Positions 1 through 10,172 of a stretch of 64,000 nucleotides of DNA are shown in pieces (positions within the stretch are counted from its first letter, which is position 1; the number at the start of each line of letters is the position of its first letter). Position numbers and translations under genes: made by a program. The stretch spans positions 64,001-128,000 of the forward strand of contig CAXXFK010000024.1 in the NCBI GenBank assembly GCA_963663965.2, read 5' to 3'. The DNA comes from Sedimentisphaerales bacterium (GTDB lineage: Bacteria > Planctomycetota > Phycisphaerae > Sedimentisphaerales > SM23-30). Below the pieces are notes generated by a model that was given only the letters and a program-made list of their open reading frames with translations, did no database searches and was not told where the DNA came from.

Positions 1-672
1 TTTATTTTTTTCTATAAACTGGACAGCCCTCTCAGCATATCGTGTTGTCAAGGTATCCTGGCCTGATAAATCGGTTATTTCTGCAACTTTTTCATTACCG
101 TCAATCAAAGGAAGAGGCGGGTATTTAGCCTTGGAAGAATCAGCCGCAACCGGTTTGCCATCAAAACCAACCGGCCACATATCATTGGAATAAGGCAATC
201 CCAGATATTCATCAAAGCCATGTTGTAATGGCAGGAATTTGTGATGGTGACCCAGATGCCATTTTCCAAAAATACCGCAGGTGTACCCCTGAGGTTTCAA
301 AACGTCAGCAATGGTTTTTTCGTTTTCATTCAAACCCACCTTAGACCAGGGCATCAGAGCACCGCGAATACCCACACGGGTTGGATAACATCCAGTCATT
401 AAAGCGGCCCGGGAGGCGCTACAGACCGCCTGGCCGGCATAAAAACTGGTAAATTGCATGCCTTCCGCCGCCATTCGATCCAGATTGGGTGTTTTAAACC
501 CTTTAGCGCCAAAAACGCCAACATCCGCATAGCCCTGATCATCAGCAAAGATAACGACAAAGTTTGGCTTTTTCTGATCTTTGTTATTATGTAAGGTTTT
601 ACACCCCGCCAGGAAACCCAGCCCCAGTCCCGCTTGTATTAGAAAATGACGACGTGACACACACTTTTTCAT
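1..672 (-). CDS. Arylsulfatase, Cys-type (5' part; runs off the window start)
   Basis: Read by hand, not in the ORF track: ATG at 672 with GGAG upstream; MKKCVSRRHFLIQAGLGLGFLAGC (Tat + lipobox), then KPNFVVIFADDQGY, VCSASRAALMTG (CxxxR) and GKWHLG. Confidence 0.93.
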   Translation of the reverse strand, partial: MKKCVSRRHFLIQAGLGLGFLAGCKTLHNNKDQKKPNFVVIFADDQGYADVGVFGAKGFKTPNLDRMAAEGMQFTSFYAGQAVCSASRAALMTGCYPTRVGIRGALMPWSKVGLNENEKTIADVLKPQGYTCGIFGKWHLGHHHKFLPLQHGFDEYLGLPYSNDMWPVGFDGKPVAADSSKAKYPPLPLIDGNEKVAEITDLSGQDTLTTRYAERAVQFIEKNK

Positions 673-702
673 ACTAAGCTCCATCATTACTATCCAGGGA
701 AA

Positions 703-746
703 AACAACAGGTGTCACTTCCAGTTGTTGGAAGACCACCTGTTGTT
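703..746 (-). terminator. Intrinsic terminator-like hairpin after the oxidoreductase
   Basis: AACAACAGGTG...CACCTGTTGTT outer stem and CTTCCA/TGGAAG inner stem, followed by a T-run on the minus strand. Confidence 0.65.
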
Positions 747-789
747 ATCGATCTAATTAAAAATCAGTTTATTGATATCAAATATGCTA

Positions 790-2199
790 TTAAACAACCA
801 ATTCCCATCCGGCACGCGCCTTGGGATTCACCAGGGCATTCGCATCCGGCAGGTTGGTGACGTTCATATTTTCGCCATCCCAGAGAATCTTCTTGTTGGG
901 GAAGGCCAGAGACAGATTACCCATGAGGACCATTTCAGTAAATGGACCGGCAATTTCAAAATTGGATGTGGCCTCTTTTTTGCCATCCTTGATTGCTTCG
1001 ATCCAGTTCATTTCGTGAGAGGTACTGACGCGCGGTATAGACGGTTGCGGTCGCTTGTAAGCTCTCATTTTCGAATAAGGCACTAACTGGGGTTCCGCCC
1101 CGTAACAGCCACACATCAAGACGCCATTATCCCCAATAAACAAAACGCCGCCATCACTGTTGCCCATCCGTCGACCGGATTCCAAAGCTTCAGGTATTTC
1201 GGGCATGATGCCGCCATCGTACCAACTGACTTTAACTGGGGGCAGTCCTTCGCGAGCGGGGTATTCCAGATGGATTTTCGATGCCATCGGGTAACTTTCA
1301 GGATGTTCCAGATGTTTCCACATTTCGGTGCAAACTTTGGCATAGCTGCCCTGTACACTGGTGGCATATTTGAGTTTGAGCGCCCAGAATACCGGGTCCA
1401 GAATATGACAGGCCATATCGCCTAAAGCCCCGGTGCCAAAATCTTTCCAGGCGCGCCATTTCCAGGGATGATAAGCGGGATGATAGGGACGTTCGGGTGC
1501 CGGTCCCAGCCAGAGATCCCAGTCCAGAGTATCGGGTACGGCCGGAGTTTCAGTGGGTCGCAAGAGCGCCTGAGGCCAGACGGGGCGATTCGTGAAAGCA
1601 TGGACTTCGCGAACCTCGCCAATCGCGCCATCCCAGATCCATTCACAGACCAGACGACACCCTTCGCCACTGTGACCCTGGTTACCCATCTGGGTTTTGA
1701 CGCCGAATTCTTTGCCATATTTGCGGGCGGCCTCGGTTAGAACGCGGGCTTCATAAACCGAATGAGTCAGGGGTTTCTGGACATAGACATGCTTGCCTTT
1801 TTTCATGGATTCCAGAGCGGTAATTGCATGGGTGTGATCGGGCGTGGCGATGATACAGGCATCAATTTTATCGCCCATTTTGTCCAGCATTTCACGGAAA
1901 TCTTTAAACCGTTCAGCCTGAGGATAACGTTTAAACACATCGTCGGCCTTGGCAAAATCCACATCGCATAATGCGGCGATATGTTCATTCTGACTGGCAT
2001 CACGTTCAGGATCACAAACGGCTTTTAGATTGCCGCCGCCCATGCCGCCGATACCGACACCGGCCACACTAACCTTACCGCTGGGAGCCGTATTGCCAAC
2101 ACCGCCCAGTACGTGACGCGGCACGATCGAAAACAAACCCGCCGTAGCGGCAGATGCTTTCATAAAATCTCTTCTATTAACTTTTTTGTTGTCTGTCAT
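790..2199 (-). CDS. Tat-exported Gfo/Idh/MocA family oxidoreductase
   Basis: Start MTDNKKVNRRDFMK (twin-Arg) at 2199 with GGAGG RBS; GIGGMG Rossmann motif, ATPDHTH, YVQKP, LDWDLWLGPAP, GALGDMACH. Confidence 0.9.
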   Translation of the reverse strand: MTDNKKVNRRDFMKASAATAGLFSIVPRHVLGGVGNTAPSGKVSVAGVGIGGMGGGNLKAVCDPERDASQNEHIAALCDVDFAKADDVFKRYPQAERFKDFREMLDKMGDKIDACIIATPDHTHAITALESMKKGKHVYVQKPLTHSVYEARVLTEAARKYGKEFGVKTQMGNQGHSGEGCRLVCEWIWDGAIGEVREVHAFTNRPVWPQALLRPTETPAVPDTLDWDLWLGPAPERPYHPAYHPWKWRAWKDFGTGALGDMACHILDPVFWALKLKYATSVQGSYAKVCTEMWKHLEHPESYPMASKIHLEYPAREGLPPVKVSWYDGGIMPEIPEALESGRRMGNSDGGVLFIGDNGVLMCGCYGAEPQLVPYSKMRAYKRPQPSIPRVSTSHEMNWIEAIKDGKKEATSNFEIAGPFTEMVLMGNLSLAFPNKKILWDGENMNVTNLPDANALVNPKARAGWELVV

Positions 2200-2276
2200 A
2201 ACAACCTCCATAGATGGATCAAAAAACTTTAAACATTGTTCGCCTTGGAGCACGTGTTTCAGGCGGTAATTATTTT

Positions 2277-2744
2277 TTACTTTCTGGGTACTGGCATTAC
2301 CATGACAGCACACTGCGCATGCCGACACACCTTATCGGCAACATCCCCCAAAAGCGCCTTGGATATTCCATGGTCGCCCCCCCGGCCAATCACAATCAAG
2401 TCAACCCCGGTCTCCTTAGTGTATTCCAGAATCTGCTGATGAGTCTTGCCAACCCGGATTTCAACATGAAATTCCAGGTCATTCGGCACCCGTCTTTTAT
2501 AACGTTCCAGCCGCTCATCAATGTCATGTTGAGCCTTTTGATCAACATCATCGACTTCATAAATGTAAGTCTTCCAGAATTGAGCGTCGGATTCCGGTAC
2601 CACATGCAGTAAAATAAGACAACAGCCAGGCAGGCTTTGACAAAGTTTGACACCATATTCAAAGGCATGATCTGAACCAGGGGAAAAATCGGCGCAGACC
2701 AGCACTTTACGAAACAGCGACAATTTGTTCTCTTGTGTTGCCAT
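2277..2744 (-). CDS. Universal stress protein (UspA family)
   Basis: KVLVCADFS, ILLHVV, DLIVIGRGG, LLGDVADKVCRHAQCAVMV; start taken at MATQENK. Confidence 0.9.
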   Translation of the reverse strand: MATQENKLSLFRKVLVCADFSPGSDHAFEYGVKLCQSLPGCCLILLHVVPESDAQFWKTYIYEVDDVDQKAQHDIDERLERYKRRVPNDLEFHVEIRVGKTHQQILEYTKETGVDLIVIGRGGDHGISKALLGDVADKVCRHAQCAVMVMPVPRK

Positions 2745-2826
2745 AATAAAGTCTCTCTTGGAGGCTGCGCTTAAAATCCGTTCCAATTTTACTCGCGAAG
2801 AAAGCTTATTCTTTAAACCAAACGTT

Positions 2827-4128
2827 CTAATGAACCAATTTGGGGAGCCATAACGCAATATCCGGGAACAGTATCAGCAAAACAGCCGCCACAATCAACA
2901 TTCCCAGAAACGGCAACGCCCCTTTAAATATCGTTTGTAAGGGTACATCACGTTCGATGCCACTTACCACATAAACATTGACTCCAACCGGCGGAGAAAT
3001 AACGCCCATCTGGGTCACCACCACGATAAGAACGCCGAACCAGATCGGATCATAACCGAGTTTCTGGATGACCGGATAGAATATCGGGATGGTAAGCAGG
3101 ATTAAGGCCAGCGCATCAACAAAACAACCCACCAACAGATAAAACAGGATGATCAAACCAATTACGACCCAACCGGGCGCTTCAAGGGAGATTAACGCGC
3201 TAGCCAGTTCGAACGGGATACGGGAAACGGCTAAAAACTTACCAAAAATTACCGCACCAGCCACAATAATAATGACCATACAGGAAGTTCGGATGGTTTC
3301 AAAGATGGATCGTTTAAGCATCTTCAGACTGCATTTTTTCTGAATAGCAGCAAATACCAGTGCACCAAATGCCCCAATCGCCGCAGCTTGAGTGGGAGTA
3401 AAAAATCCCGCAAACATCCCCCCCATAACCACAATGAATAATATCAGGGTTTCAGAAACACCTAAGAGTGAGCGAAAACGAGCGCTCCAAGTTGCCCGTG
3501 TACTTACCGGGCCAAGCGCAGGCCGCCAAATGCAACTTAAGAAGATCGATAAGCTAAATAAAACCGCTATCAGCAAACCCGGAATTATCCCGGCAATAAA
3601 CAGGCTGCCGATGGATTGCTCAGTCAGAATGGCATAAACAATGAATACCACGGAGGGAGGAATCAACATACCCAGGCTACCACCGGCGGCAACCGCGCCG
3701 GTGGCCAGTTCCATGTCATACCCATATTTTTTCATTTCGGGCAATACGACAGAAGCCATGGTCGCGGCTGTCGCCGGCCCGGATCCACAAATAGCACCAA
3801 AAGCGGTACAAGCTCCCACCGTAGACATCGCCAACCCGCCGGGGAGATGGCCCAGCCATTGATGGGCCGCCCTGAAGAGCCGGCCACTGATCCCGCTGTG
3901 AAAAGCGATTTGTCCCATAAATACAAACAGGGGAATCACCGTGAGGGAATAATTGGAAAACGCCTCATACAACTCGGTTGCCATCATGCTCAGGGCTGCC
4001 GTTGGATTAACGATTAACGCAAATCCCACCACCCCGATAAAGGCCATTACAAACGCCACCGGCATGCTGGTGGCCAGTAAAATGAACAGTAATATGCAGC
4101 CGATAATACCTATCTGCAACGGCGTCAT
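2827..4128 (-). CDS. dctM: TRAP transporter large permease (DctM)
   Basis: Very hydrophobic; IPLFVFMG, FGAICGS, GSLGMLIPPS, DPIWFGV, SPPVGVN; ATG at 4128 overlaps the dctQ stop (ATGA). Confidence 0.92.
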   Translation of the reverse strand: MTPLQIGIIGCILLFILLATSMPVAFVMAFIGVVGFALIVNPTAALSMMATELYEAFSNYSLTVIPLFVFMGQIAFHSGISGRLFRAAHQWLGHLPGGLAMSTVGACTAFGAICGSGPATAATMASVVLPEMKKYGYDMELATGAVAAGGSLGMLIPPSVVFIVYAILTEQSIGSLFIAGIIPGLLIAVLFSLSIFLSCIWRPALGPVSTRATWSARFRSLLGVSETLILFIVVMGGMFAGFFTPTQAAAIGAFGALVFAAIQKKCSLKMLKRSIFETIRTSCMVIIIVAGAVIFGKFLAVSRIPFELASALISLEAPGWVVIGLIILFYLLVGCFVDALALILLTIPIFYPVIQKLGYDPIWFGVLIVVVTQMGVISPPVGVNVYVVSGIERDVPLQTIFKGALPFLGMLIVAAVLLILFPDIALWLPKLVH

Positions 4129-4640
4129 GGCTTGATCATCTCCCGGCCCGGATGCATTAAGTTGTGAAAAATAACCAGTACAACCAGAATAAAAGTTACT
4201 GCAATCACCCAGGGCACCCAAAATACCGGGATCTGCAATGTCAAGGTACCCTGGCCACTGGCTTTTAAGCTATTACCGTAAATAAACGACCGCCATGCGG
4301 CAAAACCAAATAGAAACATAGCCATAAGCCGGATAATCGTATCCAATAGAAAACGGCCTTTTTTATTCAGCTTCTGAAAGAAATATTCAATCGCCACGTG
4401 ACCCTTTACGGCAGTGGTATAAGGCAGGGCCGCGGCCATCGTCACGGCCCCTGCCAGTTTAACCAGGTCATAGGCACCTACGATGGGATGCCGAAAAATT
4501 CCCATCACGACATCTACCACGGTAATGCCAATCATGGTGAAAATTCCCAAGCCCGAAATATACGCAAACAACATTACTATGCCGCGTAAAGTACGTGAGA
4601 AAAGATTGGCGGAAGGGTCCTGTTGCATTTGATCACTCAT
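4125..4640 (-). CDS. dctQ: TRAP transporter small permease (DctQ)
   Basis: 171 aa, about 4 TM segments, VDVVMG and GHVAIE motifs; lies between dctP and dctM. Confidence 0.88.
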   Translation of the reverse strand: MSDQMQQDPSANLFSRTLRGIVMLFAYISGLGIFTMIGITVVDVVMGIFRHPIVGAYDLVKLAGAVTMAAALPYTTAVKGHVAIEYFFQKLNKKGRFLLDTIIRLMAMFLFGFAAWRSFIYGNSLKASGQGTLTLQIPVFWVPWVIAVTFILVVLVIFHNLMHPGREMIKP

Positions 4641-4663
4641 TCAAATGGCATTCTCATAATCAA

Positions 4664-5723
4664 TCAATTAGTACCTGTGATCATCTTACGAATATCCGTC
4701 ACAAATTCTTCGCCCGGCAGGTTCTTTTCTTTACAGGTCTGGATATACTCTTCAATAACAGGTTTAACGGAGTCAACCCATTTCTGTTTTTCAGCATCGG
4801 GCAATTCAATGACTTTTCGTCCCAGTTCATCGATGAATTTACGGCCTTCAACATCCGCCTGATCCCAGGCTTCGCCGTGCTTATCCACCCATTCGGCGCT
4901 AACGTCATCGAATATTTTTTTAATATCCTCAGGCAACGTGGCGTATTTGTCTTTATTCATTACAACAAACATAGCCGTGGTGTATCCGATCGCAGATGAG
5001 TTCGTCACCGATTCGATTACTTCACCCTGATTCCAGCCTTTCAGTGTCTCCATAGGACACATGGTGGCTTCGACATTCCCTTTCTGGAGGGCCTCATAGG
5101 TTTCAGGCTGTCCCATGGCAACCGGGACTCCCCCAAGATTAGTAACAATTTTGGCAGACAATCCAGTGGCCCGTACTTTCATCCCTTTGATATCATCCAG
5201 ATTGTTAACATCTTTTTTGGACGCCAGAATTCCGGGGCCATGGGCATGAATGTATAACAGATGAACATTCTTGAGTTCATCCGGCTGGTATTTCATCGCC
5301 AGATCCGTGGCAATCCGGCTGGCAGTTTTTCCATCCGGGTATCCCATGGGCAAATCCAAACCTTCCAGCAACGGAAAGTTGCCACGGGTATAGGCAAAGC
5401 AACTCATCCCGATATCGGAAATACCGGTAACAACCCCTTGATAACACTGGGGAGCGGCGCTCAGTGTGCCTGCGGGATAAAGGGTGATTTTAACCCGTCC
5501 ATTGGTCCGTTTTTCGATTTCCCCGGGCCCAGGCATCCGCCGTAATACATTGAATATGAGTAGCCGGGAAGAAAATGCTGTAACTCAGTTCAATCGGTTT
5601 GGCATTGTTGCCTGAAGCATTTCCTTCAGCACTACCGTTTGTTCCGGTCTCCTGTTTGCAGCCAGTCAATCCCAAAGCCAGCAAACAACACATCACACCA
5701 ATCCATCCAATTCTGTTTTTCAT
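4664..5723 (-). pseudogene. dctP: TRAP solute-binding lipoprotein (DctP) split by a 1-nt insertion (pseudogene or sequencing error)
   Basis: N-terminal part MKNRIGW...LTGC (lipobox)...FFPATH...DAWAR, start 5723 with AGGAG RBS; continues in another frame as [18 protein letters not shown]...KGMKVR...YEALQKG. Removing one G from the run at 5521-5524 restores [11 protein letters not shown]. Confidence 0.85.
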
Positions 5724-6296
5724 AGCCATGACTCCTGTTTTATAACCATTTTCTTGACTTATCGGAACCAGCCTCACCGCAAGCGGTTAAGGATGGCCCG
5801 ATACTAGAATAACAATAATCTTTTAAAAATATTACGTATCCAAGGTACCCAACCTATCATAACGGGCAAACCCGCAAAGTGAAACACTTAATTGAAAAAG
5901 ACTTAGGTTATCTTAAACAACCCTGCTTCGACTTTATTTCTATCATCTCAACCTTAGAGCCCTCAATCGCCCAGATAATACATATTTTATTGTATGACAA
6001 TATGTTACGACTCATAAAATTCCATCCTTAAATGCTTTTTAAGTTCCAATTTAAAAGTTAAACAATTAAGGCTCCGGTAAGACACTCCATATCAATAACA
6101 TATTGAAATGTACATTTTTATTTTGAGTTACCTTACTAACATGCCTTGATAATCAGATAATAATATTATTTTTTCAAAAATTTTCGTTGCGCAAATCCTG
6201 AGAGAGTAAACATAGTTATGAAATCGATTAGATTAATCCCGGGAGTAAACATTTCCCATCATCGTTATCTCATTCACTTTTTTAAGGAGAATATTT

Positions 6297-7145
6297 ATGA
6301 AGAAGTTGTGTATGACTGTTATACTGACATTGACCTTAGGATGGTTAATGTCTAGTGGTGTTCAAGCGGGTAATAGCGGTCCTGGAGATACACCAGGCAA
6401 TGGGGAGCAACAGCAAATTCAGGAGCAAATCTGCCCGGTCTGTGGTACCTGCGTATGCGACCAGGAGAAGATTTGCCTGAAGATCCAATTATCGGAAGAG
6501 CAGAAACTCCAGATTCGGGCGATTCTGCAAGAATACGCCCCCCAAATCCAAGCGGCTGAAACGATAGAAGCGAAGAATCAATTGCGGCAGGAAATGCAGC
6601 AAAAAATCCAGGCATGCCTTACCGAGGAACAGTTAGCTTGTGTTGAAAAACTGCAACTCCGCCAGCGTTTGATGGACCGGGTACGCGATTATAAAATGTT
6701 CATGTATCAAAAACTGGAACTTACAGAAGAGCAGATAGAAGCGATTCAAGCGCTTAAATTAGAATTCCGTGATCAAATGGCGCTGGCAACCAGCCGGGAA
6801 GAGATCAAGGCGATTTTTGATGCCATGAAAGCCGCTTTGCTGGAAATTTTAACCGATGAACAACTGGAAATACTGGAACAAATCCGCAACCGGAAGAATC
6901 TGTGTCCCTGTGATGGTGATATGGCCATGTTCCAGTACATGAACCAATTGGGCTTAAGCGAAGAACAGCAAGCTCAGATGGAACAATTAAGACAGCAAAC
7001 CCAAACCCGATTGGATGAGTGTGAAACCTGTGAAACGAAAATTCGTATCCTTAAACGCACTCAGGACCGCATCAATGAATGCCTGAATGATCAGCAACGT
7101 GATCAGTTACGACAAATGTTACATGATGGATCTTGCCAGGAGTAA
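6297..7145 (+). CDS. Secreted Gln/Glu-rich helical protein with LTxxQ repeats (Spy/CpxP-like), Cys-rich
   Basis: AAGGAG RBS; signal peptide ending VQA; LSEEQ, LTEEQ, LTEEQ, LTDEQ, LSEEQ, LNDQQ motifs forming three units. Confidence 0.7.
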   Translation: MKKLCMTVILTLTLGWLMSSGVQAGNSGPGDTPGNGEQQQIQEQICPVCGTCVCDQEKICLKIQLSEEQKLQIRAILQEYAPQIQAAETIEAKNQLRQEMQQKIQACLTEEQLACVEKLQLRQRLMDRVRDYKMFMYQKLELTEEQIEAIQALKLEFRDQMALATSREEIKAIFDAMKAALLEILTDEQLEILEQIRNRKNLCPCDGDMAMFQYMNQLGLSEEQQAQMEQLRQQTQTRLDECETCETKIRILKRTQDRINECLNDQQRDQLRQMLHDGSCQE

Positions 7146-7172
7146 GCGTATTAAGCATACTGCCAATTCCAT

Positions 7173-7212
7173 AAAAAGATGGCCTGCGCAAATATGCGTG
7201 GGCCTTCTTTTT
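7173..7212. terminator. Bidirectional intrinsic terminator between convergent genes
   Basis: AAAAAGA-TGGCCTGCGCA-AATA-TGCGTGGGCC-TTCTTTTT. Confidence 0.75.
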
Positions 7213-7224
7213 ACCATTCAAATC

Positions 7225-8595
7225 CTATTCGCCATATAAAATCCTGAAATTTGGATTGAACGTATGTGCGTCAAGCATAATTTGGCCTAATTGTTCTACA
7301 ATTTCAGGATAGTCTTCCGCAATATTATTTGACTCCCCAATATCACTATCCAAATCAAATAACTCCATCACTGGCGTAGCGGTATCAACTGCCTTGCGTA
7401 CTGCTTTCCATTTACCCATGCGAACCGCTTGCAGGTCGCGAGCCTTGAACTCCCAATAAAGATAGTCGTGCTGTAACTGCCTGACTGACTGCCCGAGTAA
7501 TGTCGGCAGAAAAGAAATACCATCGAGACCTGGTGGGATATCGATACCGATCAGATCACAACAAGTCGGGAAAAAATCCCAAAATGCTGAAAAATGATCT
7601 GTCAAAGTCCCCGGTTTGATCATCCCCGGCCAGCGAGCCACCATTGGCTCGCGAATACCGCCATCATATAAATCGCGTTTTAAGCCTCTCAGTGGACCAT
7701 TAGCATCAAAAAAGGCCAATGTCCCCCCACTGCCGTGCGGACCATTATCGCTCGTGAAAATGATCAGAGTATTATCATTTAAGCCAAGAGATTGCACTTT
7801 TTCGACAATCCTGCCAATATCCCGGTCCATGCGAGAGATCATGGCGGCTTGCGTTTTCTGATCGGAGGACCAACCCTCTTTATTAGCATATTGAGCCAGA
7901 TCCGGTACCTGGAATTGTGTATGAGGAATGGTATAAGGAATATACAGGAAGAAGGGTTTCTCCTGGTACTCCTCCAGAAACCATAGCGCTTCATCAGTCA
8001 TCAGATCATGACTATAAGCCTGTCCCCCTAAAGGAACCAGATTGGTGTTACGCCAAAGATAATCCGGATAATAATTATGCGCCTGGATCTGGCCGAGATA
8101 ACCATAAAAATGATCAAAACCCTGTTTATTTGGATGACCGGTGGAATCAGGGCCACCCAGCCCCCATTTGCCGATACATCCGGTCACATAACCTGCACTT
8201 TTTAAGACTTTCGATACTGTCAGGGTATCTTCAGGGATCGGTAACTGATACCCATTTAGCTCGAAATTATCGCGAATATATGAATGACCGGTATGCAAAC
8301 CTGTCAACAGTACGCATCTTGACGGGGCACATACGGTATTTCCAGCATAATGCTGGGTAAATCGCATACCTTCAGCCGCCAATTTATCAATATTGGGAGT
8401 TTCTATCTTTTGCTGACCATAACAACCTATATCGCCATACCCCAGATCGTCAGCTAGAATATAAATAATATTCGGTCGTTTCCGGCCGGCCCGGGCGATG
8501 ATTGAGGTGTTGACAACTTGCAGGCCGGCATATGCTGCTCCCGCAGATGCAACGGAAGAGGCCAGGCAATGTTTTAAAAATGTTCTACGATCCAT
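7225..8595 (-). CDS. Tat-exported arylsulfatase (Cys-type)
   Basis: MDRRTFLK; RPNIIYILADDLGY; VCAPSRCVLLTG; GKWGLG; SDNG; YDGGIREP. Alternative start at 8607. Confidence 0.95.
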   Translation of the reverse strand: MDRRTFLKHCLASSVASAGAAYAGLQVVNTSIIARAGRKRPNIIYILADDLGYGDIGCYGQQKIETPNIDKLAAEGMRFTQHYAGNTVCAPSRCVLLTGLHTGHSYIRDNFELNGYQLPIPEDTLTVSKVLKSAGYVTGCIGKWGLGGPDSTGHPNKQGFDHFYGYLGQIQAHNYYPDYLWRNTNLVPLGGQAYSHDLMTDEALWFLEEYQEKPFFLYIPYTIPHTQFQVPDLAQYANKEGWSSDQKTQAAMISRMDRDIGRIVEKVQSLGLNDNTLIIFTSDNGPHGSGGTLAFFDANGPLRGLKRDLYDGGIREPMVARWPGMIKPGTLTDHFSAFWDFFPTCCDLIGIDIPPGLDGISFLPTLLGQSVRQLQHDYLYWEFKARDLQAVRMGKWKAVRKAVDTATPVMELFDLDSDIGESNNIAEDYPEIVEQLGQIMLDAHTFNPNFRILYGE

Positions 8596-8655
8596 GATTG
8601 ATCTCATCAGAAATTCGATTGCACTTGACAGATCTGATTGACACTTTGATAGACA

Positions 8656-10143
8656 TCAACTGATGGAGACCGGCTTTTGTGTCCTCAGATTGGCTTCACC
8701 CGGAAGAATGGGGAAATAGCCGCTGTATTCATGCGCCTCAGCCATGATCTGTTCGATCTGAGCGACGATATCAGGATGAGAAGCGGCCACATTATTCTGC
8801 TCACCGATATCCGTATCTAAATCATACAATTCTAATGGCGGATTGGGCGTTTTCGTAATATCCTTACGATACCCCTTCCATTTGCCTAACCGCACGGCCT
8901 GTTGAGCGCCGTAGCTTCGAAATTCCCAATAGAGATATTCATGTTTCTGTTTTTGCGGTTCACCCACCAAGGTAGGCAGCATGGAAATCCCATCGATATC
9001 CCCAGGCGTTTTCACTCCTATTAAATCGCAACAGGTTGGGAAAAAGTCCCAGAAGGCCGATAGCAGATCCGTCTGGGTACCTGGCTTGATTTTACCCGGC
9101 CAACGGGCAATTAATGGGACCCGAATCCCGCCTTCATAGAGGCTGCCTTTTAAGCCACGCAAGGGGCCGACACTTTCAAAAAAGTCGTAATCGACGCCAC
9201 AGCAATAAGTTGTACCATTATCGCCAGAGAAAAAGACGATCGTATTATCATCCAGATCCAATTCTTTGAGCAAATCGAAGATTTCTCCGACGCTGCGGTC
9301 CATTCGGGTTATCATGGCAGCGTAACAAGCCCGGGGTTGATCATGTCCGGCATAATGGCTGGTTGGAAACGGGGTTTCTTCCCAGTTTTCTTTCAGATAT
9401 TCATCCAGAGAATCCTGGGGAACCTGTAAAGAAACATGAGGAAGAATAAACGGGACATAGAGGAAAAATGGTTTTTCTTTGTTATCACGAATAAACTGCA
9501 AGGCTTCAGCGGCCATGAAATCGTGGGAATAGTATTTACCCGTATAATTTTCGTTGCCTTCGAAAGTGATTTTCTGGTCGTTTTTCCACATATATGGGGG
9601 GTAATACCAATGGGCCTGGACCTGGCCGAGATTACCATAGAAAAGATCGAATCCCTGTTTATTAGGATGACCAACCGAGTCCGGGCCGCCCAATCCCCAT
9701 TTGCCGGAAGCTCCAGTAGCATAACCCTGGGTTTTAAATACTTCAGCAATCGTTAATGTTTCTTCGGAAATCGGGAATTGGTATCCACCTCCTATCTCAT
9801 AATTATCGCGTATATAGGCATGGCCCATGTGTTTGCCAGTCATTAAAGCACAACGTGATGGCGCACAGACAGCCTGGCCGGAATAATGCTGGGTAAACCG
9901 CATACCTTCAGCGGCCATCTTGTCCAGATTCGGAGTTTTGATCTTCTTTTGGCCATAACTGCCCAGTTCGTTATAACCTAAATCGTCCGCTAAAATAAAA
10001 ATAACGTTCGGTTTACGATTGCCGGCTCGGATTCCCATGGTTTTGTTTTGCAATTGTACACCCTGACATGATGAAACGGCCCCAACGGAACAAGCCGCCG
10101 TTAAACCAAACATTGCCTGTTTGAGAAACTGTCTTCTGTCCAT
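8656..10143 (-). CDS. Tat-exported arylsulfatase (Cys-type), paralog of the neighbouring gene
   Basis: MDRRQFLK; KPNVIFILADDLGY; VCAPSRCALMTG; GDNG; YEGGIRVP; AGGAG RBS. Confidence 0.95.
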   Translation of the reverse strand: MDRRQFLKQAMFGLTAACSVGAVSSCQGVQLQNKTMGIRAGNRKPNVIFILADDLGYNELGSYGQKKIKTPNLDKMAAEGMRFTQHYSGQAVCAPSRCALMTGKHMGHAYIRDNYEIGGGYQFPISEETLTIAEVFKTQGYATGASGKWGLGGPDSVGHPNKQGFDLFYGNLGQVQAHWYYPPYMWKNDQKITFEGNENYTGKYYSHDFMAAEALQFIRDNKEKPFFLYVPFILPHVSLQVPQDSLDEYLKENWEETPFPTSHYAGHDQPRACYAAMITRMDRSVGEIFDLLKELDLDDNTIVFFSGDNGTTYCCGVDYDFFESVGPLRGLKGSLYEGGIRVPLIARWPGKIKPGTQTDLLSAFWDFFPTCCDLIGVKTPGDIDGISMLPTLVGEPQKQKHEYLYWEFRSYGAQQAVRLGKWKGYRKDITKTPNPPLELYDLDTDIGEQNNVAASHPDIVAQIEQIMAEAHEYSGYFPILPGEANLRTQKPVSIS

Positions 10144-10172
10144 AGATAACTCCTGTGAAATGAATTATGCCA

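Noticed and set aside
5517..5524. G GGA AAT slippery heptamer as a programmed -1 frameshift in dctP
   Set aside because: Restoring DctP needs a +1 shift; a -1 slip leads into the wrong frame.
5864..5880. GGGCAAACCCGCAAAG resembling a c-di-GMP-I riboswitch
   Set aside because: The GNRA-capped stem between GGCAAAC and CGCAAAG and the second hairpin are missing.
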